Virus record (IMG/VR): IMGVR_UViG_3300013137_002967
Coordinates: 22,113 to 86,112 of that record
Reading direction: 5' to 3' (one strand)
From: a virus
DNA length: 64,000 bases
Shown one piece after another: positions 29,507 to 40,648 of the stretch; the first letter of the stretch is position 1; each line of letters begins with the position of its first letter. The notes under the pieces were generated by a model. It made no database searches. It had not been told where the DNA came from and was given only the letters and a program-made list of their open reading frames with translations. Position numbers and translations under genes: made by a program.

Positions 29507-30704
29507 ATTCTTCAGATGTTGTGTCTACTGAGTCTTCTGTTTTCTCATCTTTCCTAGCCTTTTCCTTAAAATCCGCAAAACTAAGATAAATTCTTCTATC
29601 ATCTCTAATTAAGGATAGCACCTTAACCTTAAGTTCATCGCCAATATTAAGTTTTTTATTATATCTATTGATATAACTAGTCTGTATCAATCCAGTTGTT
29701 TCTTCGTCTAATTGAATTAATGCCCCAAAATTTTTAATATCCTTAATTTTACAATCTAGCACCTTACCAACTTTAATAACATCCCATAATGATTCTTTAA
29801 GAATTTGCGTTAAGATGATTTTATTACCCTTAATGATTTCTTTTACATAAAAATCGATTGCCATACCTGGTAGTATTTGATCCCATTTGTCGTGCCATGC
29901 TGAATTAACATTGGCTTTGTGTATCATACCTGTTAAGCAATTTGGTCCATCTGAAGTTGCACTAAACTGAACAAAAACTCCAAAAGGTGTAGTACCTGTA
30001 ACTTCACCACGGTAAACTTGACCTAACTTAATTTTCTTAATTTCTTCTGGAATCAATGTCTGTAAATATTTTCTTCTTGAAACTACATAGACACCTTTCT
30101 CTTGCTGTAGTGTCTCTAACATTACTTCAAATGTGTCTCCCATAATAGAATTCGCATCAGATAATTTATTAACATCAGCAAGTGTGTTTGGCATGAATGC
30201 TTCTATAGTGATATTATCCATATGAATATCCATCATATATCCAGCTGGAATCATCTCTTTGACTGACGAGGTAAGAGGAAGATTATTATCAAAATAAAAT
30301 TTCATCTTATTGTGAACATTTTGTTTGATAAGTTCGGTGATAGATCCTTTAATAATATAAGGATTATCACTAATATCAGTGATTAAAACATCTATTTCCG
30401 AACCTACTTCTAGATCGGCAGACACATTCATTTTCTTTGGTTTATCAACATAGATATAGTCTTTATGTCCGAAATCCACCAAGATTTCTTTCTCATTAAT
30501 ACGAGAAATTGTACCTCTGATTACATCATTGAGGTGAACTTCTCTAAAATTAACAAATGATTTTTCAATTTCATAATACATTTCTAAATATTCTTCAGGA
30601 ACATCTTTAGAACTTTTGATTTTTCTAATTTTATTATTAGATAAAAAAGGAAACGGATCTGGGAGTTTTGCTATATTAACTCCATCAATTAATTCGTTAT
30701 TCAT
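29505..30704 (-). CDS. rpsA: ribosomal protein S1-like multi-S1-domain protein
   Basis: About four OB/S1 repeats (IRGTISRI...VDFG; EAFMP...VVSRR; TPFGVFV...GMIH; KNFGALI...IYLS). Confidence 0.75.
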   Translation of the reverse strand: MNNELIDGVNIAKLPDPFPFLSNNKIRKIKSSKDVPEEYLEMYYEIEKSFVNFREVHLNDVIRGTISRINEKEILVDFGHKDYIYVDKPKKMNVSADLEVGSEIDVLITDISDNPYIIKGSITELIKQNVHNKMKFYFDNNLPLTSSVKEMIPAGYMMDIHMDNITIEAFMPNTLADVNKLSDANSIMGDTFEVMLETLQQEKGVYVVSRRKYLQTLIPEEIKKIKLGQVYRGEVTGTTPFGVFVQFSATSDGPNCLTGMIHKANVNSAWHDKWDQILPGMAIDFYVKEIIKGNKIILTQILKESLWDVIKVGKVLDCKIKDIKNFGALIQLDEETTGLIQTSYINRYNKKLNIGDELKVKVLSLIRDDRRIYLSFADFKEKARKDEKTEDSVDTTSEE

Positions 30705-30797
30705 AATATAATAATTTAAGGTTTAATTAACTTTTTTTCAAGATTTATAGGATATATAGGTACACTAAAAGTAAAAGTTTACTTTTAAAAAATTTTT

Positions 30798-31439
30798 TTA
30801 TAAATCATTCTGTTTTCTTTTGGTAGGTAAAACTTCTGATGAGTGATCCCATGTCTGTGAGTGAAATATGTTATCTTTATCATATTCTGGATTATCCGTT
30901 AGATCCCAATATACGTCCATAAAATTATATTTAAATGTTAATGAAAAAGTTTGTTCCTGAACATTAATAGATTGGTATGCTAATCTTATTTCTGATAAGT
31001 TTTTTAATAGTGCGGATCTGAAAACAACAGAATATAAAAAATCACCATCTTTATCTAGAATAAATAATTGTAACCAAGGTAAATAATATTTTCTAGTGTT
31101 ATTATAGTATTCAGCGAATATTTGTTGAGTCATAAAATAATTAGCATGTGAATCTACACTTCTTAGGGTTATATCTAATGAATTTGAATAGGTATCATAT
31201 ATGTTTGTGGCAGGTTTATATTCTATTTTTTTACCAAATTTATGTATTTGTTCAGAACCTTCATATGTAATACTAGGAAAAACTATTTCTTTTATAGTTG
31301 AGTTTATATAAGCAATTGGATCTGTGTAAGGTATCCAGTTTTTATCCATATATTTTTTTAATCTATCATCAACTTCCTTCGCAATAAAATCTGTAGGAAA
31401 TTGGAAAAGAAATTGGTTACTTTGTGAATTTATTCTCAT
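30798..31439 (-). CDS. tail-tube/tube-terminator-like structural protein (T4 gp3/gp19-like)
   Basis: NQFLFQFP...IVFPSI...LDITL...NYF...FSLTFKY pattern; structural neighbourhood. Confidence 0.5.
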   Translation of the reverse strand: MRINSQSNQFLFQFPTDFIAKEVDDRLKKYMDKNWIPYTDPIAYINSTIKEIVFPSITYEGSEQIHKFGKKIEYKPATNIYDTYSNSLDITLRSVDSHANYFMTQQIFAEYYNNTRKYYLPWLQLFILDKDGDFLYSVVFRSALLKNLSEIRLAYQSINVQEQTFSLTFKYNFMDVYWDLTDNPEYDKDNIFHSQTWDHSSEVLPTKRKQNDL

Positions 31440-31473
31440 AATTTATTATTTTCTTTATATATAAAAACTATAC

Positions 31474-31776
31474 TTAAACACCAATATTTGTATTATTTAT
31501 TATATTTTGTATTACAGTATTACTTTCAAAGTTTTCAATTGAACTTTCATTATATATAATACCTTCATTTTTGAATCTTTTTAATGGTAAGACATCAACT
31601 TTATTTATATATGGATTTTTTAATAATTCTCTATATTGATCCTCAGATATTTCAGATGCTATTATTAGATTATCTTTCATAAATACTATAGTTCCACCAC
31701 TTTGAATAATTAGATCTTTAATTTCGTTACTATAATTTAGATTCTTAAAAACTGAGCTTTGTGTAGAAGTTGCCAT
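31474..31776 (-). CDS. small protein paralogous to the N-terminus of the adjacent Ig-repeat protein
   Basis: GGTIVF...IIASEISE..Y..L...P.I..V..LPLK is shared with 31791-33008. Confidence 0.65.
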   Translation of the reverse strand: MATSTQSSVFKNLNYSNEIKDLIIQSGGTIVFMKDNLIIASEISEDQYRELLKNPYINKVDVLPLKRFKNEGIIYNESSIENFESNTVIQNIINNTNIGV

Positions 31777-31790
31777 TTATTTTATTATTT

Positions 31791-33008
31791 TTAAATACTA
31801 TAAGTTGTAATAGTTAAATCTTTTGTACTTGTTCCATATGGACTTGTGGCTTTTATTTTTAGATAATATACACCATCATAAATAGGTATACCACTAATGG
31901 TATCTACACCGAATTGTAAACCTTCTGGTAATATACCAATTATATTATATGTTACACCAGATACCGGTGAAGATGTTACGGTATACGTGAAATTGTAATA
32001 TTGATAACATGAAGCCTGTCCTAAACTAGTAATAACTGGAACTTCACCAGATTCTATTTTTAATATTTTTGAATCGGAACTTGCAGCATTAGAAACTGTT
32101 ATTGTTAAGTTATAAGTTACAGCCGATAAAAATACACCACTTATGACATTATTGATTAAAGTTAATTCAGCAGGTAAGCCTGTAACGCTATATGTTTTTG
32201 GTGGTGTTCCTGTTGATTCAATTGTATATGAAAATAAAGTACCTATTTTACTATAAACCTCTAAATTTGTATTTGTAATTTTAATCGGATTTAGAATATT
32301 TAGAGTTAGATTTGTGGAATAAGAACCATAATTATTTGAAACTTTAAGTACTATATTGTAAATACCTTCATCACTTGTCATACCACTCAAAGTTGTACCA
32401 TTTTTAATAAATAAATTACCCTGATAATTATTAGGCTTAATAATTTCAAATGTTAAAGGTGCTGTTCCACTAGCAAGTAATTCATAATTAAACCAACTAT
32501 TTGTCAATGCTGAGATTGATAAAATTTCATTTGTAATAACTGGTGGTGTACTCGTTAAAGTTACACCAGATGAAATATTGTTTTGTATATTTTGAAAATT
32601 TGTTTTTCTTGATTTTCCAGAGAGTCCATCAATACCACTGGTTGTTCCAGTATAAGTTATACCTGTATTTACAATAATACTACCATTCAATATACCATCT
32701 GTACCACCATTAATATTGTACGTAGATAATGTTGAAATATCTAGTTGATCTATTAAATTCAAATCTACTTCTCCGTATTTTTTTAATGGTAAGTCCTCAA
32801 TATAATCTATATTTGGACTGATTTGCAATTGATTATATAATTCTTCACTAATCTCCGATGCTATAATAATATTATTATAAGAATAAAGAACGGTACCACC
32901 ATTTTGATTTATCTCATTTCTAATATCAGAATTATATCTTAATATACTTTCCGATGCATTAATAAGTTGAATTAATTCATCTATGTTAGATGTTGTTGTT
33001 CCTGTCAT
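31791..33008 (-). CDS. putative virion protein with Ig-like repeats
   Basis: Three P.IT...F.Y...G.P..L...ISG...Y.L...N.YG repeats. Confidence 0.75.
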   Translation of the reverse strand: MTGTTTSNIDELIQLINASESILRYNSDIRNEINQNGGTVLYSYNNIIIASEISEELYNQLQISPNIDYIEDLPLKKYGEVDLNLIDQLDISTLSTYNINGGTDGILNGSIIVNTGITYTGTTSGIDGLSGKSRKTNFQNIQNNISSGVTLTSTPPVITNEILSISALTNSWFNYELLASGTAPLTFEIIKPNNYQGNLFIKNGTTLSGMTSDEGIYNIVLKVSNNYGSYSTNLTLNILNPIKITNTNLEVYSKIGTLFSYTIESTGTPPKTYSVTGLPAELTLINNVISGVFLSAVTYNLTITVSNAASSDSKILKIESGEVPVITSLGQASCYQYYNFTYTVTSSPVSGVTYNIIGILPEGLQFGVDTISGIPIYDGVYYLKIKATSPYGTSTKDLTITTYSI

Positions 33009-34819
33009 ACTGATGTGTTTTTATATTTAGTGTAGATAATAACTGTTCTACCTGCTTTTGGCCATTCAGATGTAGTTGTTTGAACTGTAGTTGCCGGTGA
33101 ACCTGGAGAAGACACCACATTACTAATAGTTGAACTTGGTGTAGAGACATTATTATCAACAAAACTAATATCCTCGAAAAATGAAAATGTACCAGAGTAT
33201 AATAATGTTTTAACCTTGTTAGATAATATAGTTAGATAGAAATTTGTATAACCTTTATCATATATTTTCTTTAATACATCTATGTCATTTTCAACAATTT
33301 TAAAATTAACAATACCATGCTGATAATCATTATCTGCTTCTCTATAAATAGATTTTTCTATTGATTCTGTATCAGATTTAAAAGTTAGCAATAATTCTGA
33401 ATTATTGAGAACATTTGATAAATCATACTGCTCTAACTGATTAGCTAATCCTGAATTAGTTTCAGGGATTTTTGCCATTCTAAACTGAATAATATTGTCA
33501 AATGGTGTTATAACAATATTTAATAGACCCATACCTTTATAATCCACAGTTGATGTTGGACTATTAACTATTATCTTTCCTACTTCTACTAATTGTGGTG
33601 AATTAACTTTAATAATTTCTGTCATTAGATTACCTGAAAAATAGTCTTTACCTAATACTATTTCATCTGGTTTTGCATTGTATATTTTAAGATTATTTAA
33701 ATTTGATATGTTTAAGCTTAATAATTTTTTACCATATTTCTGAACATTGTTATCTAATCCAATAGACGTGTATCTAGATATAGTACTCATATCAACTAAA
33801 TCTATAACTCTCATTTCAACTCTTATTGCAGCAGTAGTATTAGTGAAAGTTAAAATAGGTCTATAAAGAATTTTTTTTGTAAAATCATCATTCACACCTC
33901 CGGTCAAAACCACAGTTTGCATATTTGTTTGTATATTTTCTTCATATAAATATATATCATACTCAATTCTAACTCTACGACCTTTATTTTCAACTTCTCT
34001 AATAAAATTATCTAAATTTTCGTTGGATTCACCATATGTTCCATAAATTTCAAAGAAATCGCCTTCAGTTGATTCTTCTATCACAACAGCCAGTGTATTA
34101 TATTCTGGTGATTTTGCAAAAGAGGTTCTATACGTATCAGAAGCATAATAATAAGTATTACCTAATACAACTTCTTTTGCGTTTAGATATTGAAAATCAA
34201 CAAATATTGGTGAATTTTGGCTTAATCCTTCACCGTTAGTTAAATTGTAATTGATACTATTTTCCCATACTGTATTTCCAGTTTGAGAAACATATCTTTG
34301 ATTTGATACATAGTCAATAGAAGTTATTTCAAATTGATAATACTTACCCCATTCTTGTTCATCATAGATAAAAGGTATTGCGAGATTTGTTAAACCTGAA
34401 CTTGTAGTTGATGTAGCATCAAAGAAAATATTAGATAATTCGTAGATATTTAAGTTATAGAAGCCATATGTAAAAATTTTTAAATATAAACCCACATATC
34501 CATCAAATACAAAATTATAAGATGTTGGTAGATATATTTTGACTATATCATAAGGTATTGGTGATGTATTATAATCTTGCTCTTGTAAAAAATTATATTT
34601 TGACGGACTCACTTGAGTATATTTTCTGAGAACTGGATCTAATTGGAATAGATTATTAGTTATATTATTGTTGTTAGAGGTTGAAAGAAAACTTCTTTTT
34701 TTATTCTCATTTAAATTGGTTATAACTTTATAATTCTCTGTTATGTAATGCTCATTATCAAATGTCCATTCCATTAGAACATTTGTATTTAACTTTATAA
34801 ACTTCGACGATCTTGCCAT
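33005..34819 (-). CDS. probable virion structural protein
   Basis: 604-aa beta-rich protein, TATATA motif upstream, heads the structural operon. Confidence 0.55.
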   Translation of the reverse strand: MARSSKFIKLNTNVLMEWTFDNEHYITENYKVITNLNENKKRSFLSTSNNNNITNNLFQLDPVLRKYTQVSPSKYNFLQEQDYNTSPIPYDIVKIYLPTSYNFVFDGYVGLYLKIFTYGFYNLNIYELSNIFFDATSTTSSGLTNLAIPFIYDEQEWGKYYQFEITSIDYVSNQRYVSQTGNTVWENSINYNLTNGEGLSQNSPIFVDFQYLNAKEVVLGNTYYYASDTYRTSFAKSPEYNTLAVVIEESTEGDFFEIYGTYGESNENLDNFIREVENKGRRVRIEYDIYLYEENIQTNMQTVVLTGGVNDDFTKKILYRPILTFTNTTAAIRVEMRVIDLVDMSTISRYTSIGLDNNVQKYGKKLLSLNISNLNNLKIYNAKPDEIVLGKDYFSGNLMTEIIKVNSPQLVEVGKIIVNSPTSTVDYKGMGLLNIVITPFDNIIQFRMAKIPETNSGLANQLEQYDLSNVLNNSELLLTFKSDTESIEKSIYREADNDYQHGIVNFKIVENDIDVLKKIYDKGYTNFYLTILSNKVKTLLYSGTFSFFEDISFVDNNVSTPSSTISNVVSSPGSPATTVQTTTSEWPKAGRTVIIYTKYKNTSV

Positions 34820-34902
34820 TATCTTTTATTTCTTTTTTCTATATATAAAAAATGAAACTTTATCTAATAAAAAATATAAAAATTAAAAAATAATTATTTA
34901 TT

Positions 34903-35427
34903 ATGAATAATAATATAAGTTTTCCACCTGGATCACCTTGGCCTGGTGTAACAACAACTGGTTCACCTTGGTTAACAATAACACCAGATATAACAACAAT
35001 TAATTCACCTTGGTTAACAATAACACCAAATAAATATACACTTGAAAATTTATTCTATTACATTGAATTTGAATGTGATAATAAATCATTATTAAATTCA
35101 AGTATTGTAGGCATCAGAAGAAAAAAGTTTATTTTTAATTGTAATTATGTTGGAAACAGAATTCAACCTTATGAATATATAATGAATTTGATAGATGATA
35201 AGAAACTATTCTCTGTTAATGTTACCGTAAGTGATATATTAACAATCTCTTATGTTAATGTTAGATTTACTGAGATAGAAAATAATTTAAATTTTAACGG
35301 TAATTGTAATTTTAGTGAACTTAAAGTTAGATTTAGATGTGAAAAAATATTATATAAAAATCATAAATTATCCAATAAAGAATTAAGAGCAGATAAGATA
35401 AAAAAAATAAATGAAAATGTAGAATGA
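34903..35427 (+). CDS. hypothetical protein with N-terminal SPW repeats and C-terminal RxxKIxxI motif
   Basis: SPW x3; ends ELRADKIKKI. Confidence 0.6.
   Translation: MNNNISFPPGSPWPGVTTTGSPWLTITPDITTINSPWLTITPNKYTLENLFYYIEFECDNKSLLNSSIVGIRRKKFIFNCNYVGNRIQPYEYIMNLIDDKKLFSVNVTVSDILTISYVNVRFTEIENNLNFNGNCNFSELKVRFRCEKILYKNHKLSNKELRADKIKKINENVE
34962..35028 (+). repeat. 25-bp direct repeat, 42-nt period, in frame
   Basis: ttcaccttggttaacaataacacca at 34962-34986 and 35004-35028. Confidence 0.9.
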
Positions 35428-35939
35428 AAATAGTAGTAGTTAATGGTTCAGCAAGAAGTGGTAAAGATAATTTTGTAAATTATTTCAAAAAACACTATAA
35501 TAGTAAGTGTTTTAATTGGTCCACGATAGACAAAGTAAAAAGAGTCTCAAGAAGAAATTTTGGTTGGAATGGTAGAAAAACTGATGAGGCAAGATTATTC
35601 CTATCTGAATTAAAAAGAATTTGGACAGAATTCAATAATGGTCCATTTGAAGATATGGTTAACAAGATCACTAGACATTACACCAAATTAGATAAAAAGG
35701 ATAAGCAAAATGTAATATATTTTATTCATTGTAGAGAACCACATGAAATTCAAAAATTTGTAGATAAATATGAAGATAAGTGTATTACATTACTCTTAAA
35801 AAGAGATGATAGGGATGTACCTAATAATGAATCTGATAAAAATGTTGCCAATTTCAATTATGATCATATTATCAACAATATTGGTGATAAAAAGCAATTA
35901 GAAAAAGAAGCAATAGAATTTATTAATAAAATAAAATAA
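35424..35939 (+). CDS. P-loop nucleoside monophosphate kinase-like protein
   Basis: NGSARSGKD, GW.G.K, CREP.E, N.SD...YD.II.N motifs. Confidence 0.7.
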   Translation: MKIVVVNGSARSGKDNFVNYFKKHYNSKCFNWSTIDKVKRVSRRNFGWNGRKTDEARLFLSELKRIWTEFNNGPFEDMVNKITRHYTKLDKKDKQNVIYFIHCREPHEIQKFVDKYEDKCITLLLKRDDRDVPNNESDKNVANFNYDHIINNIGDKKQLEKEAIEFINKIK

Positions 35940-35943
35940 AAAT

Positions 35944-36171
35944 ATGCAAGAATTAATATTTAATACTACACAAAAAACAATAGAGATAAAAAAAGATTAT
36001 CAAGGTGATAAAATTTATCACTTTAATAATATATCTACTGTTAAATATTTAGAAGGTTTTTACGAAGTTATTCAAGAATCTGATGAAATTGATGAAAAAA
36101 CAGGAAAGCCTAAAAAATATCCCATATTCAGATTACCAATATCTAATACAAATATGAGAATAATAAAATGA
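35944..36171 (+). CDS. hypothetical protein
   Basis: 75-aa ORF. Confidence 0.55.
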   Translation: MQELIFNTTQKTIEIKKDYQGDKIYHFNNISTVKYLEGFYEVIQESDEIDEKTGKPKKYPIFRLPISNTNMRIIK

Positions 36172-36275
36172 TAAAAATTATAATTAGCTTATATATTGTA
36201 ATAGTATGTTTATCTGTAGTGATGGCGACACTCACACTATTAAATGTCATTAAAAGAAAAAAAATAAGAGCTTAA
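36168..36275 (+). CDS. small single-TM membrane peptide (35 aa, not in ORF track)
   Basis: MIKIIISLYIVIVCLSVVMATLTLLNVIKRKKIRA; ATGA-type overlap with the upstream gene. Confidence 0.45.
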   Translation: MIKIIISLYIVIVCLSVVMATLTLLNVIKRKKIRA

Positions 36276-36288
36276 AAGCTCTATTTTT

Positions 36289-36465
36289 TTAATCAATCTC
36301 CAAGTCCTGTTTATAAAGTTTATTCTTACCCTTTCTAGAATAATCTTTTAGAGTTTTATGCTTTTTATTTTTAGCATACCAACCTGTGCTATTCTCAATT
36401 TCAGCATCACGACTACCTCTGCGAATAGCTTTCAAATAATCAATATTTACTTTAGAATCTTTCAT
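36289..36465 (-). CDS. small basic protein (58 aa, not in ORF track), ArfA-like candidate
   Basis: MKDSKVNIDYLKAIRRGSRDAEIENSTGWYAKNKKHKTLKDYSRKGKNK...; own TATATTTG box at 36484-36491 and a downstream terminator. Confidence 0.65.
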   Translation of the reverse strand: MKDSKVNIDYLKAIRRGSRDAEIENSTGWYAKNKKHKTLKDYSRKGKNKLYKQDLEID

Positions 36466-36500
36466 ACGTTTTATATATTTTTACAAATATAATACTTTAA

Positions 36501-36533
36501 AATAAAAAAAGTCTCATTTCTGAGACTTTTTTT
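36501..36533 (-). terminator. intrinsic terminator after the clp gene
   Basis: aaaaaaagtctca-tttc-tgagacttttttt. Confidence 0.85.
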
Positions 36534-36548
36534 ATTTTAAATTTATTT

Positions 36549-39500
36549 TTATTTAGCCGGTGTCTCGCTTAATTCGGTTTCGATTCCTTTATCTTTTGAA
36601 GTCAATTTCACAATTTTAACATCATTAGAAGTTTTATCGTATCTTATTGATATTCTATCACCAACTTTAAGTTCTTCATTAATAATTGCATCTGTGATTT
36701 TATCTTCAATATATTTCTGAATTGCTCTTTTTAATGGTCTTGCACCATAATCGGGATCGTAACCTTTTTCAAATAAAAAGTCTTTTAGAGAGGTTGTGAT
36801 TGTAATTTCATATCCAATATCTTTCAACCTCTGAATAGTAGATTTAACTTCAACATCTACGATGGTACCAATATTATCTTTTGTTAAAGAATTAAACATT
36901 ATAACTTCGTCAATACGATTCATAAACTCAGGATTGAAGATTTTTTTCAATTCTTTTTCAATAACACTATTTTTATCAGACTGAGAAACATCAGTCTTGA
37001 AACCAATACCAGTTCCAAAATCTTTAAGTTTTCTGGATCCGGCATTTGATGTCATAATAATAATAGTGTTTTTAAAGTCAACTCTACGACCATAACTATC
37101 AGTTAGTACACCATCATCAAGAAGCTGAAGAAGAATGTTATAAACGTCAGGATGTGCTTTCTCAATTTCATCAAGAAGGATAATTGAATAAGGTTTACGT
37201 CTTACTGCTTCAGTTAATTCACCACCATCTTCATAACCAACGTATCCAGGAGGTGCTCCAACTAACCTAGAAACTGTATGTTTCTCCATATATTCACTCA
37301 TATCAATTCTAATCATTGAATCTTCTGATCCAAAAAGTTCCTTCGCAAGAACTTTGGCAAGGTATGTGTTATGAGTCACAGTAAAATCACCTAATAAATA
37401 TAAATGGTTTCCATCAATTTCGAATCCATAATAGTCATCAACTCCAATATATTCCACATCAAATCCTGTCAACATTACGTTCTTTTTTTGTTTTCTTGCT
37501 GTAGATTGCTTTTTACTTAAAATAATATTAAGATCACTTAAATCTCCACATATATTAATAGAGTAATATATATCTCCGTTTACTATTTTTGGTGTTTTTG
37601 ACGCTCTATATCCAAGACTTCTAGATAAAAATAGAATTTGATCCGCTAATTTATCATATTTGGTTGATATCAAATAACAATTATGATGATGATACCCATC
37701 ACTATCAATAAGTCCAGCTAAAACTGCTTTTCTAACAGAAGAATCATTATATAAGTAATCATCAGGAATAAATTTGCTATTAGTAATATCTTTCTCTTTA
37801 TATTTCTTCATTAAATTATATTCTCTGAAAGTTGTCATTAAATTATTATTATGATACTCTCCTTTAATATTACCCGTTAAAACGTATGTATTGGATTTAT
37901 TGTTTTCTAATTCGTCAACTCTAACATTAAGATTCCAATCTCTAGCTATTTTGTATATATAATCTACTACTTCAGAATCTGCTGTAGTTATCCCACAATT
38001 ATGACTATTACCATCACCTAACCATAATCCCATAAAATATGGATCTATTTTAACCATTTTTGATGGAAACTCAACATTAGTTCTCCATAATTTATGAATG
38101 TGCTTGAACCATTTACTCTTTTCTAGATATTCATTTAGTGGTATATTTACCGTTTCATATGAGCCTGTTTTTTTAAGTGAGAGAATATGCGGATTATTAC
38201 AAACGAATGAATCTCCACCGTTTAATGGATTTATTCGATACATCTTATCTTTACCTCTTGCTAAAGAAATCACTGTTCTTGGTGTAGAATCATCACCCAT
38301 TAATAAATCTCCTGGTAATACATCTTCAACATTTTTAATACTACCATCAAACATTAATATTTTTGTTCCTTTACCGTGACATTTCCCCACACCTGTAGGA
38401 CCCAAGAAAATAAATGAACCAACAGGTCTTTTTGGATCTTTAATACCGATCCTTGCTCTTTTAACTGCTCGTACAAGTTTATCTACAGCATCATCCTGTC
38501 CGATAACAATACCTTTAACTTTACTAGACATAACTTTTAATTTAGTATTTTCATCAGATGATACATTATCTACTGGAATTTTTGTCATTAATGCGATAAC
38601 CTCTGTCACATCATCTTTGGATACAATATCTCTAACTTTAGAAATTTCAGCTTTCCAGATTTCTTTTTCTGAATTTAACTGTTTTGTCAATTCCTTTTCA
38701 AGATCTCTTTTCTCAGCCGCCATTTCAAATTTTTGCTCATTTACATATGATTCTTTCTCGGTTTTTATTTTTTTAATTTTCTTTTCAAGATCCTGAATTT
38801 TTTTAGGTGTTTCAATGTTCTTATTAACATGAACTTTTGAACCTGCCTCATCCATAGCGTCGATTGCCTTATCTGGTAGATGTTTTTCTGACATATATTT
38901 ATCAGTTAATTCTACACAATATTTCAGTGCTTCATCGGTATAGGTAACATTATGATAATCTTCATATCTCTCTTTTAGATTTTTAAGAATTTCTAATGTT
39001 TCAGATTTTGAATTGGGATCTACATCTACCTTCTGAAATCTACGTTCAAGAGCTGCGTCTTTTTCAATATATTTACGATACTCTTCAAGTGTTGTCGCAC
39101 CAATACACCTAAAAAATCCTCTAGATAATGCTGGTTTCAACATATTAGCAGCATCAAGAGAACCCTGAGCAGATCCTGCACCAATAATTGTGTGAATTTC
39201 ATCAATAAATAGAATAATGTTATGATTTTCTTCCATTTCTTTGATGATTCCTCTCATTCTTTGTTCAAATTCACCACGATATTTAGTACCAGCAACCAAA
39301 GAACCCATATCAAGTGTGATAATTCTCTTATCTTTTAGATTTTCTGGTACTTTACCTTCAACAATTAATTGTGCAATACCTTCAACAATTGCAGATTTAC
39401 CTACACCTGGTTCACCTACCAAAACTGGATTATTCTTTTTTCTACGCGAAAGAATTTGTGAAATTCTTTTTATCTCAGTTTTTCTACCAACAACGGGATC

Positions 39501-40094
39501 TAAACTATTCTCTTTAGCTAGTTTTGTAAGATCTGTACCAAATTGATCAATTAATTTGGTTTTAGAATTCTTATTACCCTTAGCTTCGGGTTCGTTTACT
39601 GGTTCTTCCATTTCCATATTACCTTCTCCTTCTAATTCGTTACTAAAATCAACTTCTTCCTCCTCATTTCTAAGTTTTGCTTTGATAAGTTTAATAATTT
39701 CAGGATTTTTACTAAAAAGTTCCGTTACCAAATTAGTTTTATTTTCTAGTATTGCTGAGAATACGTGCTCAGCCTCAACTTCATCAGCATTAATTTTTTC
39801 AGCAAATGAAATTGCATTTTTAAGAATTTTATCTGTTTCAGAATCAAGTGAAATTTTAGAATTACTTCTCAGTTTATTTATTCCAATCTGATACTGATAA
39901 GCTAGTGACCAATCATGTAAAGTTTGTTTTACATTTTCTACATTAAGAATATCCTCCAACAGAGAATAAATCTTTGGATCTTCGTTAACTAGTGCTAAAA
40001 ATAAATGTTCGGGTCTAATTGTATTAGACCCAATACCAATTGCAATTTGTTTACTACTTTTAATAGACTCTTCTACACTTTTTGATTGCTTCAT
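36549..40094 (-). CDS. clpC: ClpC/ClpB-type AAA+ chaperone containing an intein
   Basis: Clp N repeats, [18 protein letters not shown]-like helix ([11 protein letters not shown]), [23 protein letters not shown]. Confidence 0.9.
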   Translation of the reverse strand: MKQSKSVEESIKSSKQIAIGIGSNTIRPEHLFLALVNEDPKIYSLLEDILNVENVKQTLHDWSLAYQYQIGINKLRSNSKISLDSETDKILKNAISFAEKINADEVEAEHVFSAILENKTNLVTELFSKNPEIIKLIKAKLRNEEEEVDFSNELEGEGNMEMEEPVNEPEAKGNKNSKTKLIDQFGTDLTKLAKENSLDPVVGRKTEIKRISQILSRRKKNNPVLVGEPGVGKSAIVEGIAQLIVEGKVPENLKDKRIITLDMGSLVAGTKYRGEFEQRMRGIIKEMEENHNIILFIDEIHTIIGAGSAQGSLDAANMLKPALSRGFFRCIGATTLEEYRKYIEKDAALERRFQKVDVDPNSKSETLEILKNLKERYEDYHNVTYTDEALKYCVELTDKYMSEKHLPDKAIDAMDEAGSKVHVNKNIETPKKIQDLEKKIKKIKTEKESYVNEQKFEMAAEKRDLEKELTKQLNSEKEIWKAEISKVRDIVSKDDVTEVIALMTKIPVDNVSSDENTKLKVMSSKVKGIVIGQDDAVDKLVRAVKRARIGIKDPKRPVGSFIFLGPTGVGKCHGKGTKILMFDGSIKNVEDVLPGDLLMGDDSTPRTVISLARGKDKMYRINPLNGGDSFVCNNPHILSLKKTGSYETVNIPLNEYLEKSKWFKHIHKLWRTNVEFPSKMVKIDPYFMGLWLGDGNSHNCGITTADSEVVDYIYKIARDWNLNVRVDELENNKSNTYVLTGNIKGEYHNNNLMTTFREYNLMKKYKEKDITNSKFIPDDYLYNDSSVRKAVLAGLIDSDGYHHHNCYLISTKYDKLADQILFLSRSLGYRASKTPKIVNGDIYYSINICGDLSDLNIILSKKQSTARKQKKNVMLTGFDVEYIGVDDYYGFEIDGNHLYLLGDFTVTHNTYLAKVLAKELFGSEDSMIRIDMSEYMEKHTVSRLVGAPPGYVGYEDGGELTEAVRRKPYSIILLDEIEKAHPDVYNILLQLLDDGVLTDSYGRRVDFKNTIIIMTSNAGSRKLKDFGTGIGFKTDVSQSDKNSVIEKELKKIFNPEFMNRIDEVIMFNSLTKDNIGTIVDVEVKSTIQRLKDIGYEITITTSLKDFLFEKGYDPDYGARPLKRAIQKYIEDKITDAIINEELKVGDRISIRYDKTSNDVKIVKLTSKDKGIETELSETPAK
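37368..38381 (-). mobile_element. intein (338 aa) with LAGLIDADG homing endonuclease
   Basis: Begins CHGKGT after GVGK and ends VTHN before T; internal MGLWLGDG and LAGLIDSDG blocks. Confidence 0.95.
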
Positions 40095-40100
40095 AATTTA

Positions 40101-40337
40101 TTACTTTTTGTTAGAATATATATTTTTAATTTCTAATGAATCTTTCGATATACCAAAAATCATACCAATTACAAAGATAGGAAAAAATATAATAGATCCT
40201 ATCCAAATATAAAAAATTCTAATAGAATTTAGAATTTTTATTACAGGTTTTGCCCAGTCTTTAAAAATATCTAAATCTGAATCTTTTATTAAATTATTGT
40301 AAATATACAATAAATATTTGGCTATAAATCTTCTCAT
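40101..40337 (-). CDS. small membrane protein
   Basis: One hydrophobic helix IFYIWIGSIIFFPIFVIGMIFGI. Confidence 0.55.
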   Translation of the reverse strand: MRRFIAKYLLYIYNNLIKDSDLDIFKDWAKPVIKILNSIRIFYIWIGSIIFFPIFVIGMIFGISKDSLEIKNIYSNKK

Positions 40338-40338
40338 T

Positions 40339-40632
40339 TTATTCCTCGATTGATAATGTCAATCCTCTTTCTTCTAATATTTTTTTAATTGGCATCAAAG
40401 ATTCTTTTGAGCCAGTTTTGATGATATCTTTACCTTGAAGATGAACAGTCCAAGCTGTACTTTCAGCTCTTTCAAATGAAAATTTTAAATATGTGATTAG
40501 ACATATAATTACCCATTCAAATGAATTGTGATCATCATTCCATAAGATTAATTTAGATTCAGAACTAGAAGAGATTCCAGATTCTGCTAAAATTTCATCT
40601 AGAGTTTTCGTTTCAATTTTTGTGTCACTCAT
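40339..40632 (-). CDS. clpS: ClpS N-degron adaptor
   Basis: LILWNDDHNSFEWVI and VHLQGK motifs. Confidence 0.9.
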   Translation of the reverse strand: MSDTKIETKTLDEILAESGISSSSESKLILWNDDHNSFEWVIICLITYLKFSFERAESTAWTVHLQGKDIIKTGSKESLMPIKKILEERGLTLSIEE

Positions 40633-40648
40633 ACCTATTATATTATAA

